DNA of 64,000 nt from an uncultured bacterium (lineage in GTDB: Bacteria > Desulfobacterota_D > UBA1144 > Nemesobacterales > UBA2774): NCBI GenBank assembly GCA_963705505.1, contig CAVPJU010000010.1, positions 512,001 to 576,000 of the forward strand. Reading direction: 5' to 3'. Each line of letters starts with the position of its first letter. Position 1 is the first letter of the stretch. The notes under the pieces were generated by a model, which saw only the letters and a program-made list of their open reading frames with translations, was not told the DNA's origin and searched no databases. The position numbers were made by a program, and so were the translations under genes. Shown piece after piece: positions 1 to 10,946 of this stretch.

Positions 1-308
1 TGAGCTTCGAGAATAATTGCTTCTCTTGCACACAAATTGTACAACACAACCAAACGAGCCATTTGCCGATACAGATAGAGCTTACATTTTTTATTATAAA
101 GCACATAATGGGTTTTCTCGTTTAATTCGGCTGATAAAACATGCGGGGCTGATGGTCGGCACCTCACACAAAATACATATGACATCACCACAGCGACCCG
201 GATCGATTTCCGTTGTTTTGACAATCAGGGAACGGATTGTAAAGGCATTATGTACAATAACAGACAAACAAGAACAGAAATTCGCTCAAAAGAATAAGGA
301 GTTTTTTT

Positions 309-1193
309 ATGAAAATTCACACCATAGACCATAACTTCTTTACGCAGAGGGTAATAGCTTCATATCTTATTGAAAACGGCGGCGAACCTGTATTAATAGA
401 AACCGGCCCCGATACGACATTTCATAAACTGGAAAGGAGTCTAAACGAGCATGGTTACTCCATAGAAGACATAAGAAATGTTTTTGTCACACACATACAC
501 CTGGACCACTCCGGGGCAGCCTGGCGCTTCGCTGAAGCAGGCGCCAAAATCTATGTTCACCCTTTTGGAGCCAAACATCTGGCCGATCCCATAAAGCTCG
601 TAGCATCCGCAAGACGAATTTATAACGATCAAATGGAAACACTATGGGGTGAAATCCGGCCTATAGAAAGGGAAAACATCTATGAAATCCGGGATGGGGA
701 AAAGATAACAATCGGCAGTATCAATATTCAGGCTATTGAAACCCTCGGGCATGCATCCCATCATCATTCCTTTCTCGTAGACGATCTCTTATTTACGGGA
801 GACGTGGCCGGCGTATGTATAGAAAACGGTCCGGTATTGCCGCCTACCCCTCCGCCCGAGATCAATGTCGAACTCTGGCAGGAGTCAATACGAAAGATTT
901 TGAGCTTGAAACCGCAAGCCCTGTATCTTACTCATTTCGGCAAGTCAGGCGATGTCAAAGAGCACATGACAGAACTCGAAAACAGGCTTCTCGAAGTTAC
1001 CGAATGGACGGGAGAGAGACTGAAACAAGGAAAAACCGAAGAGGCAATGATAATTGAACTGGAAAGTATGTTCAGAGAGATACTTGTGAAAGCAGGAGCG
1101 GATAAACAATTAGTCGAAGCTTATGAGCTGGCAGACCCGTTTTGGATGAACGTAGCGGGACTGGTGCGCTACTGGAAAAAGTTTCGAATGTGA
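309..1193 (+). CDS. MBL-fold metallo-hydrolase
   Basis: THIHLDHSG (HxHxDH) motif, GHASHH, FTGD and late LTHFG metal ligands. Confidence 0.9.
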   Translation: MKIHTIDHNFFTQRVIASYLIENGGEPVLIETGPDTTFHKLERSLNEHGYSIEDIRNVFVTHIHLDHSGAAWRFAEAGAKIYVHPFGAKHLADPIKLVASARRIYNDQMETLWGEIRPIERENIYEIRDGEKITIGSINIQAIETLGHASHHHSFLVDDLLFTGDVAGVCIENGPVLPPTPPPEINVELWQESIRKILSLKPQALYLTHFGKSGDVKEHMTELENRLLEVTEWTGERLKQGKTEEAMIIELESMFREILVKAGADKQLVEAYELADPFWMNVAGLVRYWKKFRM

Positions 1194-1278
1194 ACTCGCT
1201 CCGACGGGTCCGATTTTGCGGAAACCCTAAACCGTGCGAACACACAAAGACCAATCCTAGACGAAAGAAAAAATTAAG

Positions 1279-2058
1279 ATGGAACTCAATATTATTAAAT
1301 CCGGCAGTTCCGGCCCCGAAGTCGTTATCCTGCACGGGCTCTTGGGGTCTTCACGTAACTGGCAGCGCATTATGCGGGAGCTGTCAGCCGACTGCCGTGT
1401 GATCATCCCGGATTTGCGCAATCACGGCGATTCGCCGCACGGCCCTCACAGCATCGCGGCGATGCGGGATGACATCGTGAGACTCATCGAGACAAACTGC
1501 GATGAGCCCCCTCATCTGGTAGGCCATTCCATGGGCGGGCTTGCGGCTATGGCGGTATCAACCACCGATGCTTCGGCGATTGCGAGCCTTATAGTGGTCG
1601 ACATAGCCCCGGTTCGCCGGACGGAGGGGCTCCTGAAAATACTCGATGCCCTGATGGAGCTCAACCTGAAATCCATAAATTCCCGAACTGACGCCGACAG
1701 GGCTCTGTCAGAGAAGATCCCGGACCCCGGGGTACGCCAGTTTTTACTTCAGAATCTCAAAAGGGAGAACACGGGAGAGCTTGCCTGGCGCTGCAACCTT
1801 CCCGAGCTTCGCAGGTTCGTAGAGGAAGAAACATTCGAGCTACCTCGCCAGGCGGTTTACGAAGGGCCGACACTGGTGATCGCCGGAGGCAGATCCGAAT
1901 ATAAAGTCTGGGAGCACGAGAAGCTCCTCAGGACGCATTTCCCCGCCATGATTCTCGAGATATTCGAGGACGCCGCCCACTGGGTTCACATGGACGCGCC
2001 CAACCGTTTCGTATACCGGTTACTGGAATGGCTGGGCGTGCACGCCTCCAAAGCCTGA
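1279..2058 (+). CDS. Alpha/beta-fold hydrolase (YbfF/ABHD11-like esterase)
   Basis: HGLLGS, DLRNHG, GHSMGG nucleophile elbow, AHWVH catalytic His. Confidence 0.88.
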   Translation: MELNIIKSGSSGPEVVILHGLLGSSRNWQRIMRELSADCRVIIPDLRNHGDSPHGPHSIAAMRDDIVRLIETNCDEPPHLVGHSMGGLAAMAVSTTDASAIASLIVVDIAPVRRTEGLLKILDALMELNLKSINSRTDADRALSEKIPDPGVRQFLLQNLKRENTGELAWRCNLPELRRFVEEETFELPRQAVYEGPTLVIAGGRSEYKVWEHEKLLRTHFPAMILEIFEDAAHWVHMDAPNRFVYRLLEWLGVHASKA

Positions 2059-2156
2059 GGTATTCCCAATGAGATTTACCAAGCTTAAATGAAACAGTGT
2101 GATTACCCACACGGCTAAGTACAAACGGACATCATTTGGTTAATACAGCAAGCTTT

Positions 2157-3029
2157 TCATGGGCCGCAGTCAACGACTTCGGGCGACTCGTTATGAACGC
2201 TCCACTCGGCGCAGAGGCCGTCCTCGCCCACTTCATCGCAGGAACAGAAGCAGCTGTTAAACTTGACCTCACTGCCGGGACCGAGCAAGGTGCAGGTAAG
2301 TAGATTGCCGACTCCTGTCGCCGATCCCACGGTAATATCATCCTGAATCCCTATAAAGCTCAAAGGATTACCTGACTCGCACTGTAGATCGGTTACGGCG
2401 CCGGCATCGCATTTGGCGCATACGCTCGGATCACACCCCGACTCGCTGTCGTAAGGTCCCGAAATCTGGTGTCCGTCAAGGTTAGCGCTCGATTTTTCAC
2501 AGTTGGTGGCTATCGGGCACGAGCAAATGACCTCTTTTTTCCCCAGCTTCCCAAAGGTCGGGAATTGATTGCCTTTGGTGCTGGTAAAACACAGGCCTCC
2601 GTCACATTGGGCGTAGGACCCTTTCGCAGCCGAAACGCCGCCGTATTTACCTTTGTTGAGTTCGCCGGGACACGTGTAAGCGGCGAAATCACCGTCCGGA
2701 TACGTGGCCTGCTCAGGGACACTATATGTGCTCACCAGGTAGCCGTTTCCGGGCCCTTCTTCGTTTACGGTGCAAACATCCTCGCCATCTCCGAAGTCGA
2801 AGGGCAGGCTGATGCTATCGCCTTTCAGGATATCGCACCCGCAATATGCGACCTGGTTGAATGTCAAGCAGCTCGCAAGGGCGCAGAGCGCGTATTTCTG
2901 ATTTTTCAATATCAAAAAATCACCCGCTGCTTCACACCCTTCAGGTTTGGCAGCACGTGTAGTACTACCCTCCGCCGATAACACCATAAATGCACAGGCA
3001 AGAATAAATATTGTCTTCGTTATCTTCAT
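2157..3029 (-). CDS. Secreted cysteine-rich hypothetical protein
   Basis: N-terminal signal peptide; 22 Cys in the mature region; AAAGGAG RBS upstream; no CxxCH. Confidence 0.7.
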   Translation of the reverse strand: MKITKTIFILACAFMVLSAEGSTTRAAKPEGCEAAGDFLILKNQKYALCALASCLTFNQVAYCGCDILKGDSISLPFDFGDGEDVCTVNEEGPGNGYLVSTYSVPEQATYPDGDFAAYTCPGELNKGKYGGVSAAKGSYAQCDGGLCFTSTKGNQFPTFGKLGKKEVICSCPIATNCEKSSANLDGHQISGPYDSESGCDPSVCAKCDAGAVTDLQCESGNPLSFIGIQDDITVGSATGVGNLLTCTLLGPGSEVKFNSCFCSCDEVGEDGLCAEWSVHNESPEVVDCGP

Positions 3030-3241
3030 GCTGGCACTCGCTCCTTTAGACAGTCGTATGGACGGCTTTATTTCAAAAAATTCAATTTTCCATTAATTAT
3101 AGTCCCTTCTCCCGGAAACTGTGGCGTGTGTTTTTCAATCTCCCTACATACACATATGCGCGTTCCGGAATTATATGTCAGGCTTTCGACCGTGGTTAAT
3201 GCACGCGAGACGAAGGGGTTATAATTAATCGCCTTTCAATT

Positions 3242-3269
3242 TTGACATGGCATAAGATGGGATTAAATT
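3242..3269 (+). promoter_or_regulatory. Putative sigma70 promoter of the decarboxylase gene
   Basis: TTGACA (3242-3247), 16-nt spacer, TAAATT. Confidence 0.4.
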
Positions 3270-3306
3270 TAGTCTAGCGAAATTTATGGTGTCCGGAGAA
3301 CCCCGC

Positions 3307-4944
3307 ATGTCAAAGCAAATGACCGTCGGCCAATATCTTATAAAAAGACTTTACGACCTGGGTGTCCGGCACGTGTTCGGGGTTCCCGGCGATTACGCTC
3401 TCAGCATGTTTAAGGAAATCGAAGAGAGCAGGCTGAAATTAATAAACACCTGCGACGAGCAGGGCGCCGGATTTGCCGCGGATGCCTATGCCAGGGTCAG
3501 GGGATTAGGCGCGGTCTGCATTACGTACTGTGTCGGAGGTTTAAAAGTAGCCAATACGACCGCTCAGGCCTTTGCGGAAAAATCACCCGTCGTGGTCATA
3601 AGCGGAGCCCCCGGAATAAAAGAGCGCCTCAAGAACCCCCTTCTCCACCACAAGGTCAGAGAGTTCGACACTCAGCTCAAGGTCTTCCGGGAGCTGACCA
3701 TAGATTCCGTACTTATAGACGACCCCCGGACTGCGGCCCCCGAGATCGACAGGGTCTTGGGCTCGGCCTTAAGATATAAACGGCCGGTATATATAGAGCT
3801 GCCGCGGGATATTGTATCCCTTCCGATCAAGTCATATAAACTCTCACGCCCCGTGACCCGCGTCAGTGATGCCGGAACGCTTACAGAAGCGCTCGGGGAA
3901 GCATTAACGATGATCAACAAATCAAGAAAGCCAGTCATAATTGCGGGAGTCGAGATACACCGTTTCGGTCTCCAGGATAGGCTGCTGGAGATCCTCGACA
4001 ATACGAACATACCCTTCGCGACCACAATTTTAAGCAAATCCGTTATCAGCGAAACTCACCCCCTGTACCTCGGCGTGTATGAAGGGGCCATGGGAAGGGA
4101 ATCGGTCCGTGAATACGTGGAGTCAAGCGACTGTTTGATCCTTCTCGGCGCTATCATGACCGACGTCAATCTCGGCATATACACGGCACACATCGAGCGG
4201 GCCAATTCGATATACGCCACGAGCGAAAAGGTATACATCAAATACCATGAGTATGAAGACATAACCATGGACGATTTCATGGAAGGACTGTCGAAAAGAG
4301 GTTTGCGCCGCCGGAAAAGCGCCAGGATACCGGCTCCTCCCATTCCGAAACATCCCCGCCCCGTTAAGAACAGGAAAGTCAGCGTGAGTTACCTGTTCAG
4401 GACCCTTAATTCATTCCTGGACGATAAAACGGTCGTAATCGCGGACCCCGGAGACGCTATGCTCGGGGCTCTCGATATGGTCATTCAAAGAGAAACGGAA
4501 TTTTTATGCCCCGCATATTATTGCTCTCTCGGCTTCGCAGTCCCGGCGAGCCTGGGAGTGCAGATGGCAAGGCCGGATCTTCGCCCCCTGGTTCTGGTCG
4601 GGGACGGCGCATTTCAGATGTCGGGGATGGAGCTCTCGACAATTGCCAGGTTTAAACAGAATCCGATCATAATCGTGCTTAACAATAGAGGCTACGGGAC
4701 AGAGCGGCCCATGATCGACGGGAAATTCAATGACGTCCAGCTCTGGAATTACAGCCGTATACCCGATGTGCTCAACAGCGGCATCGGCTTCGATATCGAA
4801 ACGGAGGAAGAGCTTGAAGAGGCGCTGACTAAAGCCGTTAAGAACACGGGCAGCCTTTACATTCTCGATGTCCACATAGACCCTGAAGACAGGTCGGAGG
4901 CGCACAAACGGCTTACCAGCGCATTATCTAAGAGAGTGAGATAA
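3307..4944 (+). CDS. ThDP-dependent alpha-keto acid decarboxylase (pyruvate/indolepyruvate decarboxylase family)
   Basis: FGVPGDY, DEQGAGFAADAYAR, LLHH, GDGAFQMSG...NNRGY ThDP motif; start 3307 chosen from GGAGAA RBS (ORF track start 3286). Confidence 0.9.
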   Translation: MSKQMTVGQYLIKRLYDLGVRHVFGVPGDYALSMFKEIEESRLKLINTCDEQGAGFAADAYARVRGLGAVCITYCVGGLKVANTTAQAFAEKSPVVVISGAPGIKERLKNPLLHHKVREFDTQLKVFRELTIDSVLIDDPRTAAPEIDRVLGSALRYKRPVYIELPRDIVSLPIKSYKLSRPVTRVSDAGTLTEALGEALTMINKSRKPVIIAGVEIHRFGLQDRLLEILDNTNIPFATTILSKSVISETHPLYLGVYEGAMGRESVREYVESSDCLILLGAIMTDVNLGIYTAHIERANSIYATSEKVYIKYHEYEDITMDDFMEGLSKRGLRRRKSARIPAPPIPKHPRPVKNRKVSVSYLFRTLNSFLDDKTVVIADPGDAMLGALDMVIQRETEFLCPAYYCSLGFAVPASLGVQMARPDLRPLVLVGDGAFQMSGMELSTIARFKQNPIIIVLNNRGYGTERPMIDGKFNDVQLWNYSRIPDVLNSGIGFDIETEEELEEALTKAVKNTGSLYILDVHIDPEDRSEAHKRLTSALSKRVR

Positions 4945-4998
4945 AAGGCGAAACTTCCAACTATAAAATACTGAAATTTAATCAATTTTAATTGCCAA

Positions 4999-5027
4999 TT
5001 GACTATTTTATAATTTTATGCTATATT
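4999..5027 (+). promoter_or_regulatory. Sigma70 promoter of cold-shock gene
   Basis: TTGACT, 17-nt spacer, TGn-TATATT extended -10; implies a ~100-nt 5' UTR, typical of csp genes; AGGAGG RBS at 5116-5121. Confidence 0.7.
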
Positions 5028-5131
5028 AATTTCAGAGTTTGCAGTAGTTCTAGTCTAAATTGAGATATCCATCCGAAATTGATTTTGAACCACTAGCACA
5101 ACCCAATTCAACAAAAGGAGGTTAATCCGAC

Positions 5132-5341
5132 ATGTCAGAACGTAAAATTGGCTTAGTTAAGTGGTTCAATTCTGCGAAAGGCTTCGGCTTCATAGAGCTC
5201 GACGGTGAAAAAGATGTTTTTGTTCACTTCAGCGAAATAAGCGCTACCGGCTATCGTTCTCTCGAAGAAGGACAGAGAGTAGAGTTTACAGTCGTCGATG
5301 GACAAAAAGGCCCACAAGCTCAGAACGTAGTTCTAGCTTAA
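5132..5341 (+). CDS. csp: Cold-shock protein (CspA family)
   Basis: VKWFN, KGFGFI (RNP1), DVFVHFS (RNP2), KGPQAQNV. Confidence 0.97.
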   Translation: MSERKIGLVKWFNSAKGFGFIELDGEKDVFVHFSEISATGYRSLEEGQRVEFTVVDGQKGPQAQNVVLA

Positions 5342-5354
5342 GATTTGAATATCA

Positions 5355-5394
5355 AAAGTGCGCTGAAGTGATTCAGCGCACTTTCCCTTCTTTT
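5355..5394 (+). terminator. Rho-independent terminator after csp
   Basis: AAAGTGCGCTGAA-gtga-TTCAGCGCACTTT 13-bp perfect stem followed by a pyrimidine/T-rich tail. Confidence 0.8.
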
Positions 5395-5529
5395 GAACAT
5401 AATTACAAAATCCTGATTACCCCCTGATTTAAAATAAACCGAGTTTACAGAATAGGTTCCGATATTATGGATCGCTCTATAATGTCAGTTGAAATCTCAT
5501 CCGACCAGTTCGTTTTTTTATATATGGGA

Positions 5530-5608
5530 TGGGGTGAGTGACGGGACTTGAACCCGCGACCTCTGGGGCCACAACCCAGTGCTCTAACCAAGCTGAGCTA
5601 CACCCACC
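5530..5608 (-). tRNA. tRNA-His (GUG)
   Basis: Reverse complement folds as a cloverleaf: G-1, GTGGGTG acceptor, CTGGG-TTGTGGC-CCCAG anticodon arm, GGTTCAAGTCC T arm, C discriminator, encoded CCA. Confidence 0.96.
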
Positions 5609-5722
5609 ATTGATTTATTTCGGATTGGACAGGAAAAGAAATAGTACCATATAAAAAAGAGGAGACAAATACTCCCGCCACCCCCGTCATTGGGGGCGGA
5701 GTCAGAACATATTTACTCATTT

Positions 5723-6361
5723 TCATGAACCCCACGCGGCGCCGATGAAGAAAAATCTCCCGAGCCCCACAGTGAAGATCAGGCACCCGTAAAGGGCGTG
5801 CTCGATAGAGACGAGGCCGAGCGATCTGTGCCGGGCATAATTCCATGCAAAGAGCGACCCGCCGAGGACGGACATCAGGACAGCAACGGAATTAATAAAA
5901 ATTATGTGCATATATCCGAAGGCGAGCGCCGATGCCAGGATATACCCTCCCCCGACGCCGAAGAGCGGCCTATAGCGGTTATATACAAATGCCCGGTAGA
6001 TCATTTCCTGAGGCCAGACGGAGAGAACCGGGTACAGGACCATAACGAGAGCCCATATCCCGGGCCGCTCGCGGGGGAATGATAAGAACGACTCGGGCAT
6101 CGTTATCCACGCCGCTGCGGTGATTATCGGAGCGAGGACGGCGAACCGGATAAGGACATATTTTATTTTTCCACGAAGGTTCGCGTCTTCAGGCGCTTTA
6201 TCATCGTTAAATCGACGGCTGTACATGTACGTCCCCGCCGCTCCTGCCCAGAGGATACCGACCATAAGCCACCTGTCTTTTACTAAGAGGATCAGAAGGG
6301 GCGCACCCGCAAAAATCAGGATGAATTCGATCCAGAGCGCGGGCCTCCGCCGCTGATTCAC
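5723..6361 (-). CDS. CPBP-family (CAAX protease-like) intramembrane metalloprotease
   Basis: Polytopic membrane protein with QEMIYR (EExxxR variant), FGYMH and EHALYG motifs; overlaps the upstream OMF stop. Confidence 0.8.
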   Translation of the reverse strand: MNQRRRPALWIEFILIFAGAPLLILLVKDRWLMVGILWAGAAGTYMYSRRFNDDKAPEDANLRGKIKYVLIRFAVLAPIITAAAWITMPESFLSFPRERPGIWALVMVLYPVLSVWPQEMIYRAFVYNRYRPLFGVGGGYILASALAFGYMHIIFINSVAVLMSVLGGSLFAWNYARHRSLGLVSIEHALYGCLIFTVGLGRFFFIGAAWGS

Positions 6362-7785
6362 GAGCTCTGCTCCTGCCAGCCTCCTCCGAGAGCCCGGTAA
6401 ATCTGGACCAGAGCGAGTAATTCATTCAGCCGGGCCTGCGCCAGCCCGAGCTCAGCCGAGAAATAATTCGTCTCGTTCGTCAGCACCTCGAGATAATCCG
6501 TCTCGCCGCTGCTGAACCGGAGATTGGAAAGCCTCGCTGAGTCCTGTGCCGCATTCCTCAACTTTTCCTGCTCGACACGGAACTCCCGGTTCTTGCCGTA
6601 GGCGACGAGCGCATCGGAAACGTCCCGGAACGCGCCCTGTATCGTCTGCTTATAGGTGAGGAGCATTTCCTGCTTCTGCGCCTCGGCAAGCTTGACGCCC
6701 GAGCTTATCCTGCCCGCTTCGAAGATGGGCTGCGCGAGCGCTCCGACAACGCTCCATATACCCGCAGGGCCGCTGAACAGGTCAGACAGCTGCTCGCTCT
6801 GAAAACCGGCTGACCCCGTGAGGGATATCTGCGGGAAGTAAGCAGCCTTTGCGACGCCTATCCGGGCGTTGGCCGCGATAAGGCTAGCCTCCGCCTGACG
6901 TATGTCGGGCCGCCTCTCGAGCAAAGATGAAGGAAGCCCTGCCGGGACGTCGGGCGCATGAGGCTGCTCCGTTAAGGGCAGCCCGCGGGGTATATCCCCC
7001 GGGTTTTTACCAAGGAGAGTACTGAGAAAATTCTCCTCTTGTGCGATTTGCCTTTCAAGGTCAGGGACCTGAGTGGATGCGGTGTAAACGAGCTGCTCAG
7101 ACTGTCTGACATCGAGCATAGAGTTAAATCCGCGCGTTTCGAGCAGACTTGTGAGCTTGAGCGACTCCTGCCGGGACGAAAGCGTACTCTTCGAAATTTC
7201 AAGCTCGAGGTCGAGCTCCCGGAGCTGAAAATAGCTGGCCGCCACGTTCGCCACAAGGGTTGAAATTACCTCCTGGCGGGCCCATTCGCTTGCCAGGAGA
7301 TCGGCTCTGGCTGCTTCGGTCGCCCTCCGGTACTGCCCCCAGAAATCGAGTGTCCAGGACCCGGAGAGACCGACCTCTTCCTGCGTGACCTCAAAAGCAG
7401 GTATCGGGCCTGACTGTGAGTACCGCTGGTTCGTGACGTTAGCGCCCGCACTGATAGTGGGGAATTGATCCGCCCGAGTTATCCCAAGCTGCGCCTGCGC
7501 CTGTAAGATCCGCGCGGCCGCGATCTGCACGTCGTAGTTCTGCTCGAGCGCGGTGGTTATAAGTTTCTGGAGCTCGGGGTCCTTGAAAACCTCCCACCAT
7601 TTCTCGCTGCCCAGGGATACGGCTTCCGACTCGGCCTTAGTGGAACCGCGATAGGTCTCAGGCACGTCCACACTGGGCTTCTTATAGTCAGGTCCGACCA
7701 TGCAGCCGCTGAGCGTGATTAAAACCAGAGATAAAAAGAGCGATAGTAATATAGCGGTATATCCGGTGTCGTTAATTCTCTTCAT
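6358..7785 (-). CDS. RND efflux outer-membrane lipoprotein (NodT/OprM family)
   Basis: LSGC lipobox then MVGPDY, PSSLLERRPDIRQAE, YRALGGGW. Confidence 0.93.
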   Translation of the reverse strand: MKRINDTGYTAILLSLFLSLVLITLSGCMVGPDYKKPSVDVPETYRGSTKAESEAVSLGSEKWWEVFKDPELQKLITTALEQNYDVQIAAARILQAQAQLGITRADQFPTISAGANVTNQRYSQSGPIPAFEVTQEEVGLSGSWTLDFWGQYRRATEAARADLLASEWARQEVISTLVANVAASYFQLRELDLELEISKSTLSSRQESLKLTSLLETRGFNSMLDVRQSEQLVYTASTQVPDLERQIAQEENFLSTLLGKNPGDIPRGLPLTEQPHAPDVPAGLPSSLLERRPDIRQAEASLIAANARIGVAKAAYFPQISLTGSAGFQSEQLSDLFSGPAGIWSVVGALAQPIFEAGRISSGVKLAEAQKQEMLLTYKQTIQGAFRDVSDALVAYGKNREFRVEQEKLRNAAQDSARLSNLRFSSGETDYLEVLTNETNYFSAELGLAQARLNELLALVQIYRALGGGWQEQSS

Positions 7786-10700
7786 GTCGTCTTGGCTCCT
7801 GCGTCGCCCCCCGTTACGACAGGAGGGATGCGCGTGTGTCCCGCGCGGAAGAAGGACACCCGGTCGAGCACCTTCTCCTGGAACTCTTCGAGATAGAGAT
7901 AGATGACGGGCGTGATGTAGAGTGTGATGAACTGCGATACTACGAGGCCGCCTACGATGACGAGTCCCAGAGGTCTGCGTGAGGATCCGTCCGCGCCGTA
8001 CCCGAGAGCAATAGGGACCGCGCCGATCACGGCTGCGAGCGTCGTCATAATAATGGGGCGGAACCGCTCCATGCTCGCGTCGTGGATGGCGTCATATGCG
8101 CTCTCGCCCGCTTCGACATGCTGGCGGGCGAAATCCACTATCATGATCCCGTTTTTCTTGACGATGCCCATCAGCATGAACATTCCGACAAACGCGTAGA
8201 GCGACGCCTCCGCTCCGAAGAGATAAAGAGCGAGGAGTCCCCCGACGAGGGCCGTCGGAAGGGTCGATAGGACCGTGAGAGGGTGCACGTAGCTCTCGTA
8301 AAGTATCGCCAGTATGACATACATCACGAACACGGCGAGCGCCATCAGGACAGTCAGGTCGTGGACGGTGTTCTGGAACGTGAGGGCCTCGCCCTGGAGG
8401 CTCGCGCGCACACTCGGCGGGACGATATCCGAAGCCGCTTTATATATGTAATCGGTCGCGTCCCCGATAGCCACGCCGGGCTTGAGGTTAAAGAAGATCG
8501 TGACGCTAGTGAACTGATTGATGTGATTCACCGACTGCGGACCCAAAGTCGTCTTCCATGTGACAAGCTCTTTAAGCGGGACAAGGTTCTTGCCGTCATC
8601 CGACCTAATATACAGAAGAGACAGGTCCTCAGGGTGCGAGCGCGCTGAGTCCTTTGTTTCGAGAATGACCTGATACTGGTCGGTCGGCTTTTTTATAAGA
8701 TATAGATAATTCTGCGAATATGCATTCCTGAGCAGGTTGAGTATCCGTGTCTCGGAAACGCCGCGGACCCTCGCCTGTTCCCTGCGAATGTCTATGTTGA
8801 GGCTCGGTGTATTGTTGTAAAAATCTGAGGATACGGTTGCGAAACCGGGGAATTCCATTAGCTTGCCCATAAGCTTCGTCGACACGTCGTACACCTCATG
8901 AGGATTCACGCCGGATAATGAAAATGCGTACTGTCCCTGGTTCTGGTTAGTCGCGCCAGTGCTTATCTCGAGAACGGGGAACGGCCTCAGGAATGCGAAC
9001 ATCCCGGGGATAGCAAATAGCCTGCCCATCATCTGACCGGCCTCGTATTGTATAGGCAGACGTTCCTTGGGCGACTTGAGGAAAATAAAAGTCAGCCCCT
9101 GGTTGGACGCTATGAACTGGCCTCCTCCGGTCATGGTGAAGTCCATAAGAACGCTCGGGTCCTGATGGAGTGTGTCATCAACCTGATCCTGGAGTGCGCG
9201 CATCTGCTTGGGCGAAGAGCCTTCCGGCCCGATGAAGACTCCCTGAATTACGCTGCTGTCCCCCACGGGAAGGAAGGCTTTGGGAACGAGCATGAAGAGA
9301 CCAATAGTACCCGCAAGACATATAACCCATATGATCGCGGATACCCACCTGTGCCTGAGAAACCACCATAACGACTTGCCGTATACCCCAAGCACACGTT
9401 TCTCAGCCCCGCCGATCACCCGTTCCATCCAAGTCTGCTTCACTCCGTGTCCTCTGTCCTTGAGAAGCCTTGCGCACATGAGCGGCGTTAGCGTTAGTGA
9501 TACGAGACCCGAGGCAAGAATCGCTACTACTATAGTGATCGCGAACTCGCGGAAAATCCGGCCTACGAGCCCGGACATGAAGACGAGCGGGATGAATACA
9601 GCCGCAAGAGAGATAGTCATGGAAAGTATGGTAAAGCTAATCTCCTTCGAGCTGTTAAGGGCGGCTTCGAAAGCGCGCTCCCCGTTCTCCATCCTTCGCA
9701 CGGTGTTCTCGAGGAACACTATCGCGTCGTCCACCAGGAATCCGACTGCAAGCGTTAGCGCCATAAGAGAGAGGTTGTCGAGGCTGTATCCCAGCATCCG
9801 CATCACTATGAAAGTGAGGAGCAGCGATAGCGGTAGCGCGACAACTGGGATGAGTGTGTCCGTAGCACGACCGAGGAACATAAAAATTACGATTACGACG
9901 AGGACGAAGGCTATGACCAGCGTCTGCTGGACGTCCGCAACGGAATGGACTATAGTCTGCGAGCGGTCGTAGACCGGCGTAATACGAATAGATGCCGGAA
10001 GCTCCGAGCTGACCAGCGGCAGGAGTTTCTTCACGTTTCCCGCGACTTCGACGGCGTTAGCCCCGGCCTGACGGAAAACGGCAACGACAACAGTTGCGCT
10101 AGGCTCCGGATAACCCCGTATCCAGAACCGCATGTTGATCCTCTCGTCCTGCACCGTGTCCTGCACCTGTGCGACGTCGCGCAGGTAAACGGGAGCGCCG
10201 TTTACACTCTTCACTATGAGATTACCGTAGGATTCGGCACTTTCGAGCTGTCCCTGAGGGCGAAGAAGCGCTGTCCCTGTCGCAGAGTCGAACTGTCCGG
10301 CGCCGGCGTAGCTCGTCCCGTTTATGACCGCATCAGACAAGTCGTCGACCGATATCCCGCGCGCCCACATCGCGGACGGATCCGCTTTTATCCGTATCGC
10401 GGATTTTGTTCCGTACACGTCCACGCGGCTCACGCCGGGCACGATGCTTATCCTCTGGCCCAGTTGGGTGCTCGCGTAGTCGTAGAGCTCGCCGCGTGTA
10501 ATGGAGTCGCTTGTGAGGGCGATGTAGAGTATCGGCTGGTCGTTGGGATTCGTCTTAGTGAGTGTCGGAGGCGAAGGCAGATCGACGGGTAGGCTCCCGG
10601 TCGCCTGAGAGATAGCGGTCTCTACGTCCGTCGCCGCCGCGTCCAGGCTCTTATCGAGGGAGAACTGGAGAGTGAGGCTCACGAAGCCCTGAGTGCTCTG

Positions 10701-10946
10701 TGACGTGACAAGCTGAAGCCCGTTTATCTGCATGAACTGACGCTCGAGCGGTGTCGCGATATTATTCGCCATAGTCTCGGGGCTTGCGCCCGGATAGGAA
10801 GCGGTCACGTTGATGACAGGGTAATCCACCGCAGGCAGATCGTTCACCGGGAGCTGGAAATAGCAGAGCACGCCGAAGAGAATGACCGAAGCGGTGAGTA
10901 CCGCCGTCATAACCGGACGGCGGATAAAACGTTCCGAGAGACTCAC
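7782..10946 (-). CDS. RND efflux permease (MdtB/MdtC-like)
   Basis: 1054 aa; FIRRPV, GFLVDDAIV, GIVKKNGIMIVDF, RFRPIIMTT. Confidence 0.93.
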   Translation of the reverse strand: MSLSERFIRRPVMTAVLTASVILFGVLCYFQLPVNDLPAVDYPVINVTASYPGASPETMANNIATPLERQFMQINGLQLVTSQSTQGFVSLTLQFSLDKSLDAAATDVETAISQATGSLPVDLPSPPTLTKTNPNDQPILYIALTSDSITRGELYDYASTQLGQRISIVPGVSRVDVYGTKSAIRIKADPSAMWARGISVDDLSDAVINGTSYAGAGQFDSATGTALLRPQGQLESAESYGNLIVKSVNGAPVYLRDVAQVQDTVQDERINMRFWIRGYPEPSATVVVAVFRQAGANAVEVAGNVKKLLPLVSSELPASIRITPVYDRSQTIVHSVADVQQTLVIAFVLVVIVIFMFLGRATDTLIPVVALPLSLLLTFIVMRMLGYSLDNLSLMALTLAVGFLVDDAIVFLENTVRRMENGERAFEAALNSSKEISFTILSMTISLAAVFIPLVFMSGLVGRIFREFAITIVVAILASGLVSLTLTPLMCARLLKDRGHGVKQTWMERVIGGAEKRVLGVYGKSLWWFLRHRWVSAIIWVICLAGTIGLFMLVPKAFLPVGDSSVIQGVFIGPEGSSPKQMRALQDQVDDTLHQDPSVLMDFTMTGGGQFIASNQGLTFIFLKSPKERLPIQYEAGQMMGRLFAIPGMFAFLRPFPVLEISTGATNQNQGQYAFSLSGVNPHEVYDVSTKLMGKLMEFPGFATVSSDFYNNTPSLNIDIRREQARVRGVSETRILNLLRNAYSQNYLYLIKKPTDQYQVILETKDSARSHPEDLSLLYIRSDDGKNLVPLKELVTWKTTLGPQSVNHINQFTSVTIFFNLKPGVAIGDATDYIYKAASDIVPPSVRASLQGEALTFQNTVHDLTVLMALAVFVMYVILAILYESYVHPLTVLSTLPTALVGGLLALYLFGAEASLYAFVGMFMLMGIVKKNGIMIVDFARQHVEAGESAYDAIHDASMERFRPIIMTTLAAVIGAVPIALGYGADGSSRRPLGLVIVGGLVVSQFITLYITPVIYLYLEEFQEKVLDRVSFFRAGHTRIPPVVTGGDAGAKTT

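Noticed and set aside
17..334. 105-aa ORF at the window start
   Set aside because: TTG start, no RBS or motif, overlaps the hydrolase start; probably promoter DNA
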